From a virus, in the IMG/VR virus record IMGVR_UViG_3300046477_000550: DNA of 64,000 bases. One strand, written 5' to 3'. Shown here one piece after another: positions 59,541 through 64,000 of the stretch. Numbering within the stretch: position 1 is the first letter of the stretch; the number at the start of each line of letters is the position of its first letter. The notes beneath the pieces are model-generated. The model ran no database searches and had not been told where the DNA came from. It was given only the letters and a program-made list of their open reading frames with translations. A program made the position numbers and the translations under genes.

Positions 59541-62089
59541 CACGCCGCACCTCCGAAGAGGTCGGTCATGTACGGCTTGCCGAGGCGGATCTTGCACAGT
59601 TCGGCGTGCGCCGGGTCCTTCTCGATGCCGATGGATTGGAAGCTCTCCAGTCGGCAGGCCTCCAACGTGGTGCCGGAGCCCGCGAACGGGTCGAGGACCG
59701 TGCCCCCCGGCGGGGTGATCAGGCGGACCAGCCACCGCATGAGGGTGAGCGGCTTGACCGTGGTGTGCGCGGTGCCGTCGGCGAGGCGGGGGCGTTCAAC
59801 CTTCGGGGCTTTCGCCTCATACCGGAAGATCGGGAAATACCGGGATGCGCCTCCAGTGTCGCCGTGACCACTGTTGCTGATCTTGCTTCCGGCCGCCTGC
59901 CCCATGATTCCGCCACTGCGCCGCTGCCCCTTCACGGAGCCGGTCGGGCTCGTGCTGACACCGCTCTGCGCGTCCATCTCGGCGACCGGGCACTCGGGCT
60001 GACAGTCCCCGCCGTCGATGCAGTCCGGCCCGTGGCAGAGGAGGATGTTTGTGGGCCAGCGTCCGGCCGCGTGTGCGGAGTCCTCGCGGGTCCCGGTCCA
60101 CTCGCCGAGCGTGTCGCCGTTGCGGGGCGAGGCGATGCCGACGACGGACGCGCACTTCTCGCGGTAGTCCTGGCCAGCCGCGGTCCGGCAGGCGTCCACG
60201 TGGAGTGCTCCGGTGCCGTGTTCGAGCACGTTGGCGACGGTGGTGTTGAAGCCGGTGGACTTGCGGGCGAGGACGATCGGCTCGTGTGCGGGACGGAGCT
60301 GGGTGTTCCAGCCGTGCCACTGCTTGGCGGCATCCGTCGCGGGGAGGGTGACCCGGTCGTCGCCGCTGTAGTCGCCGTAGAGGTGATCGCTCTTGCGGGT
60401 CGGGGCGTTGCGCGTGCCGATGACTTCCCGGAGTGCCCACGCTTCGCCAAGTTCGCCCTTGCGGCCGTTCAACTCTGCGACCAAGGGCCGGATGTCGGTG
60501 TCGTCGAAGCCGAGTTCGTCGCGGAGCCGGTCCCACTGTTCAGGCTGCGGAACAATCGCCGCTTTACCCGGGGTGGTCCACAGCCCGGCCATGCCGTTGA
60601 AACCCCACAGGGCATCGACCTGGGCATTCGTCCACCCGGCGGCGTCCCGGGCAGTAGCCAGCCATGCGGTCACCTGCAAGACCTGCGCCCGGTCGTCGCG
60701 GCGCTTGTCGATGGCCTTGCCGATGTTCTGGCCCTTGGGGAAACCCGAATTGCCAGTGACGAAGACCTTGCCGTTACGACGCGCTACAAAGGCGCCGGTC
60801 GGGACGGTTACGCACCATGCGATTCCGTCGTAGAACTCAGGCTCGATCCGGACCAGATCGGCAGAGGTGAACCGTGAGCCTCGTACAGTTTGTGCTCCCG
60901 GTTGGTCCTGAAGAGCGACAGGTTCGCGAGCGCATTGTTGGTCGGGTTGTGATCCTCGTGGTGCACGACTTCCTGCCGGGTCAGCAGCCTGCCCATCGCC
61001 TGGGCTACGAACAGGCGATGCTCCATCACATAGCCGTCCTTGCGGCTCATGCCCAGGTATGCCGCCGGGCACCGCACGTACTTGATCGCCTTGTAGTTCC
61101 CGCGTCTGCGGGAATAGGTGACCCCGCCGTTCCAACCCGGATTGCTCGGACCGCTCATCCTGGCGGCGTGAGCGGCAGTCGAGGCCTCCGTCCAGTTCGC
61201 CCTTCCGGACCCCGCGATCTCCCGGAGCCGGTCGGCGTCCCGGACGCCCCGGCACTGCCGCGAGCAGGCCGGATTCCGATCGCCTCGTCGCTTGGTCGGC
61301 GACCGCCGGAACGGCTTCTCGCACACCGGGCACGTCAGCAGCGGGCTGGCCTGCCTGTTCGGCTTTCCTCTGTTGGCCGCACTGACCAGCAGGTTCGCGC
61401 ACGCCTTCGAGCAGGTGGTGTTTCGAGTCGTCTGCTCCCTGGTCTGGCAGGGGTAGGGCGTTGAGCAGACTTTGCAGATCTTCCAGTACGGGTACACGCG
61501 CTTGGCGTTCCCGTGCGGCTTCTTGAGCTTCCTGGAAGACGTACTTTCCGCCTCGTTCAACGAGGCAGCGATGCTCTCGGGTGACGAGCTGGTCTGTGTG
61601 ATCGCCAACCAGTCGGTAAGCGGTATCGCTGTACGGGAAGACGACCACGCGCTGGATGGGCTGCCATGAGAACTCGTCATGTTCAGCATCATAGCCAAGT
61701 ACGTGACCTGATTCCTTGGCTTTATGGAATGGCTCCCACTGTCCGTCGATCAGGATTTCCGTCTGCTCGTCGAGGCATCCGTAGATCCAGTGCAGGCTGT
61801 CGCGGATCTCGAATCCAGCGTCCTCGATGGCGCACGTCATACGGTGATAGGTGCGGGTCCCGCCGAATGCGACCAGGTGCCCACCGGGCTTCAGGACGCG
61901 CCAGCAATGCCGCCAGACGTCGACGTTGTAGGCGATGCCGGAGGCGTCCCAGGCCTTGCCCATGAAGCCGAGCTCGTAGGGCGCGTCGGTCACCACGGCG
62001 TCGACGGACGCGTCGGCGAGGGTCGGCAGGATGTCGAGGCAGTCGCCGAGGTGCAGCTGGACGGTGTCGTCCTCGTAGAAGGCCTTCAT
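59540..62089 (-). CDS. N6/N4 DNA methyltransferase interrupted by an intein
   Basis: ATG at 62089 with GGAGGG RBS, so the track ORF up to 62806 is an upstream extension. Motif IV-like VVTDAPY. Motif I VLDPFAGSGTT near the C-terminus. The conserved HWIYG/SGFPKG junction is split by 343 codons. Confidence 0.8.
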   Translation of the reverse strand: MKAFYEDDTVQLHLGDCLDILPTLADASVDAVVTDAPYELGFMGKAWDASGIAYNVDVWRHCWRVLKPGGHLVAFGGTRTYHRMTCAIEDAGFEIRDSLHWIYGCLDEQTEILIDGQWEPFHKAKESGHVLGYDAEHDEFSWQPIQRVVVFPYSDTAYRLVGDHTDQLVTREHRCLVERGGKYVFQEAQEAARERQARVPVLEDLQSLLNALPLPDQGADDSKHHLLEGVREPAGQCGQQRKAEQAGQPAADVPGVREAVPAVADQATRRSESGLLAAVPGRPGRRPAPGDRGVRKGELDGGLDCRSRRQDERSEQSGLERRGHLFPQTRELQGDQVRAVPGGIPGHEPQGRLCDGASPVRSPGDGQAADPAGSRAPRGSQPDQQCAREPVALQDQPGAQTVRGSRFTSADLVRIEPEFYDGIAWCVTVPTGAFVARRNGKVFVTGNSGFPKGQNIGKAIDKRRDDRAQVLQVTAWLATARDAAGWTNAQVDALWGFNGMAGLWTTPGKAAIVPQPEQWDRLRDELGFDDTDIRPLVAELNGRKGELGEAWALREVIGTRNAPTRKSDHLYGDYSGDDRVTLPATDAAKQWHGWNTQLRPAHEPIVLARKSTGFNTTVANVLEHGTGALHVDACRTAAGQDYREKCASVVGIASPRNGDTLGEWTGTREDSAHAAGRWPTNILLCHGPDCIDGGDCQPECPVAEMDAQSGVSTSPTGSVKGQRRSGGIMGQAAGSKISNSGHGDTGGASRYFPIFRYEAKAPKVERPRLADGTAHTTVKPLTLMRWLVRLITPPGGTVLDPFAGSGTTLEACRLESFQSIGIEKDPAHAELCKIRLGKPYMTDLFGGAA
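60749..61777 (-). mobile_element. intein (Hint splicing blocks flanking an HNH module)
   Basis: Starts with CLDEQTEILIDG (block A). LVTREHRCLV is block B (TxxH). Ends with WCVTVPTGAFVARRNGKVFVTGN followed by Ser (+1). Length 1029 nt, or 343 codons. Confidence 0.7.
60808..61698 (-). CDS. HNH endonuclease ORF nested in the intein, +1 frame relative to it
   Basis: Cys4-type CKVCSTPYPC...CPVCEKPF, then the HNH core GYVMEHRLFVAQAMGRLLTRQEVVHHEDHNPTNNALANLSLFRTNREH. Only the part below about 61510 looks like real protein. The N-terminal 60-70 aa of the track ORF is out-of-frame intein sequence. Confidence 0.55.
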   Translation of the reverse strand: MAMMLNMTSSHGSPSSAWSSSRTAIPLTDWLAITQTSSSPESIAASLNEAESTSSRKLKKPHGNAKRVYPYWKICKVCSTPYPCQTREQTTRNTTCSKACANLLVSAANRGKPNRQASPLLTCPVCEKPFRRSPTKRRGDRNPACSRQCRGVRDADRLREIAGSGRANWTEASTAAHAARMSGPSNPGWNGGVTYSRRRGNYKAIKYVRCPAAYLGMSRKDGYVMEHRLFVAQAMGRLLTRQEVVHHEDHNPTNNALANLSLFRTNREHKLYEAHGSPLPIWSGSSLSSTTESHGA

Positions 62090-62445
62090 GCCGCCCTCCG
62101 CTGCTCGGCGCGGGCGTTGATGGCGTCGAGGCGTTCGGGCGACAGCTGGTACACCTTGATTTCCTTGCCGTGGGTGGACTCGGCCGTGGACGGTTCCTCG
62201 CCGACGACGACCACCTGCCGGGGGCTGCGACGCCGCACCAGCGAGTGGAAGAACAGGCCGGCCGTACCGTGGGCGAGTTCGGGCAGCACGGCCCGCAGGT
62301 CGTTGGCACTGAACGGCCTGCCGTCGCCGCCGATTGCGTCGATGGCCTGGTTGAGGAGTGCCTCGTCCCAGTCGGCGACGTTGGCGTAGAGGGCGGCGAG
62401 GGTGGCGTTCGCCTGCTCGCGGGCCTCGGCGGGGGTGATGGTCAT
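62086..62445 (-). CDS. hypothetical protein
   Basis: 119-aa ORF with an ATGA overlap onto the methyltransferase start. Confidence 0.55.
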   Translation of the reverse strand: MTITPAEAREQANATLAALYANVADWDEALLNQAIDAIGGDGRPFSANDLRAVLPELAHGTAGLFFHSLVRRRSPRQVVVVGEEPSTAESTHGKEIKVYQLSPERLDAINARAEQRRAA

Positions 62446-62936
62446 GAGTACGCTCCGATCCGCTCAAGGAGGGGCCCGGAGTCGAGCCGCCCGTCTTCGT
62501 CTTCGAGGGCGGAGAGGCTGTGGCAGCGGGCGCACAGCTGGATCTCCTTGAACTCCATCCACCCGTCCGGCATCCAGGAGAAGGACCACAGGGGGCGGGT
62601 CTGGGAGCAGCGCCCGCAGCGCCCTTCGGGCGGGGTGATGGGCGGCTTCGGCCCGCGCTCGTGCAGTGCGGCCACCGCGGCGGCCGTGTCGGCGAGAACC
62701 CCGACGAGGTGCGCGGCGTGGCCGATGCATGAGTTGCACCAGGACAGGCCCTCGGGCGGTTCGGCGGGGATCGGTTCGAGGATGACGGCCGGGGACTGGG
62801 TGACACCCCAGCCCGGGGTGCCGCACAAGCCCTGCTTGCCTGCGAACTTGCCGTCCTCGCGCATCACGTGCAGGCGGCGGACCTGCTTGGCGCGGCGGCC
62901 CGTGGCGGCGTTGTAGCCGCGGTAGAAGGCCCTCAC
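62442..62936 (-). CDS. Cys-rich hypothetical protein
   Basis: 164 aa with CNSCIGH, CGRC and CARCH motifs. Confidence 0.55.
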   Translation of the reverse strand: MRAFYRGYNAATGRRAKQVRRLHVMREDGKFAGKQGLCGTPGWGVTQSPAVILEPIPAEPPEGLSWCNSCIGHAAHLVGVLADTAAAVAALHERGPKPPITPPEGRCGRCSQTRPLWSFSWMPDGWMEFKEIQLCARCHSLSALEDEDGRLDSGPLLERIGAYS

Positions 62937-63208
62937 GTCGCCCTCTGATCTGCCTGTTCGAAGCAGTCGCAGTCGCCGATGACCTGGCCGGAGCAGACGT
63001 GCTCACCCAGCGGGGTCCCGGTGTCGGCGTGCAGCCGGTACGTGTCGAGGAGGCCGTCGATGATGTGCGCGGCGATCGGGTCGGCCTGCTCGCGCTGGTC
63101 GCACAGCCAGTGGTCGAATGCGTCGCCGCGGCGGGGTGGCGGGGTGAGGTCGTAGCCGGGGCCGGTGCGGGTGAGGCCCGCGAGGACGCGGCGCCAGAGG
63201 CTGGTCAT
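62933..63208 (-). CDS. hypothetical protein
   Basis: ATG at 63208 (ATGA overlap). 91 aa. Confidence 0.5.
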   Translation of the reverse strand: MTSLWRRVLAGLTRTGPGYDLTPPPRRGDAFDHWLCDQREQADPIAAHIIDGLLDTYRLHADTGTPLGEHVCSGQVIGDCDCFEQADQRAT

Positions 63209-63534
63209 CGGGCACCGCCGGCGAGTTCGATGGTGCGACCGGTGTGGCCGATGTCGGTGGCCCAGTGGTTGCGGTCGCCGCTGCATGCCGGGACGGGGCC
63301 GAGTGTCGGGCCGAGGGTGACGAAGCCGCGGTTGATTGCCTCGTCGAGGGTGGTTCGCTGGAACGTCCGCAGGTGGGCGTAGGGCCCTTCGGTGCCGTTG
63401 TGGAGCTCGGAGACGATCAGTGCGGCGTACTGGCTGTCGCGCTTGATGTAGCAGGGGCGCCCGAATGTAGAGCGGAAGCGGAGCAGGTCGATCAGCTCCT
63501 GGATGGCTGGGCGGATGTCGAACTTCCTTGCCAT
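63205..63534 (-). CDS. hypothetical protein
   Basis: ATG at 63534 with AAGGAGA RBS. 109 aa. Confidence 0.5.
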   Translation of the reverse strand: MARKFDIRPAIQELIDLLRFRSTFGRPCYIKRDSQYAALIVSELHNGTEGPYAHLRTFQRTTLDEAINRGFVTLGPTLGPVPACSGDRNHWATDIGHTGRTIELAGGAR

Positions 63535-63600
63535 GGCGTGGTCTCCTTGGTGACGCCGGGGCGCGCGCATTACGGGTGCGCACGCCCCGGACTGGGTGGG

Positions 63601-64000
63601 CTAGAAAGGCGGGTCGGACGGGTCGCGGCCGAGGGTGATGTCGCTGATCTGCTTCTCGATGTCGCCGGTGAGGTCGGCGCCCGCGTGCTTCAGGGCGAAG
63701 GTGATCGTCTGGCCCACGCCCTGGGCGTCCCCTTTGCTGAGGAGCGCGGCGGCCAGGTATTCGACGAGGACCCGGCGGACGGGCTCGGGGATCTGGCTGG
63801 TGACGTCGGGGGTGGCCGCCCACGGGTCACGCTCGGGGGCTGCACCGGCGCGGTCGTTGGCGTAGCCGATCCATCCACCGCTGCCCGCCGGGGCCTTGTA
63901 GGCGGAGCGGGGGTCCCAGCCGTTGTCTCCGAGCCAGCCGTCGACGAGGTCGTCCATGTTGCAGTGGGCTTCGTCGAGCGCCTTGGTGAGGTCGATGGCC
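63601..64000 (-). CDS. hypothetical protein (5' end probably beyond window)
   Basis: The track ORF starts at ATG 63957, but there is no RBS there. The same frame stays open to 64000 with G/C at 13 of 14 third positions, so the gene probably starts upstream of the window. Confidence 0.5.
   Translation of the reverse strand, partial: AIDLTKALDEAHCNMDDLVDGWLGDNGWDPRSAYKAPAGSGGWIGYANDRAGAAPERDPWAATPDVTSQIPEPVRRVLVEYLAAALLSKGDAQGVGQTITFALKHAGADLTGDIEKQISDITLGRDPSDPPF

Noticed and set aside
62090-62806. The N-terminal 239-codon extension of the methyltransferase ORF (track ORF 59540-62806), and similar extensions such as 6716-7102 on the protease ORF.
   Set aside because: The extensions are Arg/Pro/Gly-rich and overlap well-formed upstream genes (62086-62445, 62442-62936, 6736-7131). 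Internal ATGs with good RBSs and ATGA or GTGA coupling give the biologically sensible starts.

Overview
High-G+C, Streptomyces-type DNA (G+C not computed). Every gene I can read in the 64 kb is phage-like or plasmid-like, and there are no housekeeping genes. About 95% of the coding sequence is on the minus strand, in long operons with ATGA/GTGA/TGATG start-stop overlaps.

Reading the minus strand from 64000 down to 1:
1. Early/replication region (64.0-42.1 kb): an N6/N4 DNA methyltransferase interrupted by an intein, a C5 methyltransferase, a replication initiator with palindromic iterons inside its own gene, DnaB, MazG-like and SLOG/DUF2493-like proteins, several HTH proteins and many small ORFs.
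2. A plus-strand regulatory island (39.1-41.9 kb): Xis-like HTH, WhiJ-like XRE regulator, a Cys/His protein and a wHTH protein.
3. An actinomycete conjugation-type block (38.9-25.6 kb): a 4-TM DUF2637-like protein, a 739-aa Lys/Gly/Pro-rich membrane protein, a TraB/FtsK translocase and a membrane-anchored Mrr-like nuclease.
4. A block of small ORFs (24.9-16.3 kb).
5. A tRNA cluster: one clean tRNA-Ile plus degenerate tRNA pieces.
6. The virion module (15.9-0 kb): small terminase, large terminase, portal, a 2H-phosphoesterase::MuF fusion, protease-scaffold, capsid, neck genes, tail tube and a chaperone-like gene that runs off the window.

I found no integrase, lysis cassette, rRNA or CRISPR array.

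Most notable observations:
- A virion MuF protein carries a 2H phosphoesterase domain.
- A TraB-type transfer module sits inside a phage genome, which suggests a phage-plasmid or conjugative hybrid.
- An intein in a methyltransferase has its HNH module out of frame.
- The terminase is frame-broken exactly at a G GGA AAA heptamer inside Walker A.
- An origin-like iteron array lies in the initiator gene.

Five frame disruptions fall in three enzymes, so assembly indels must be excluded before any of them is interpreted biologically. Functional calls come from motifs, size and gene order read by eye, with no searches run. Coordinates of short DNA motifs may be off by 1-2 nt.
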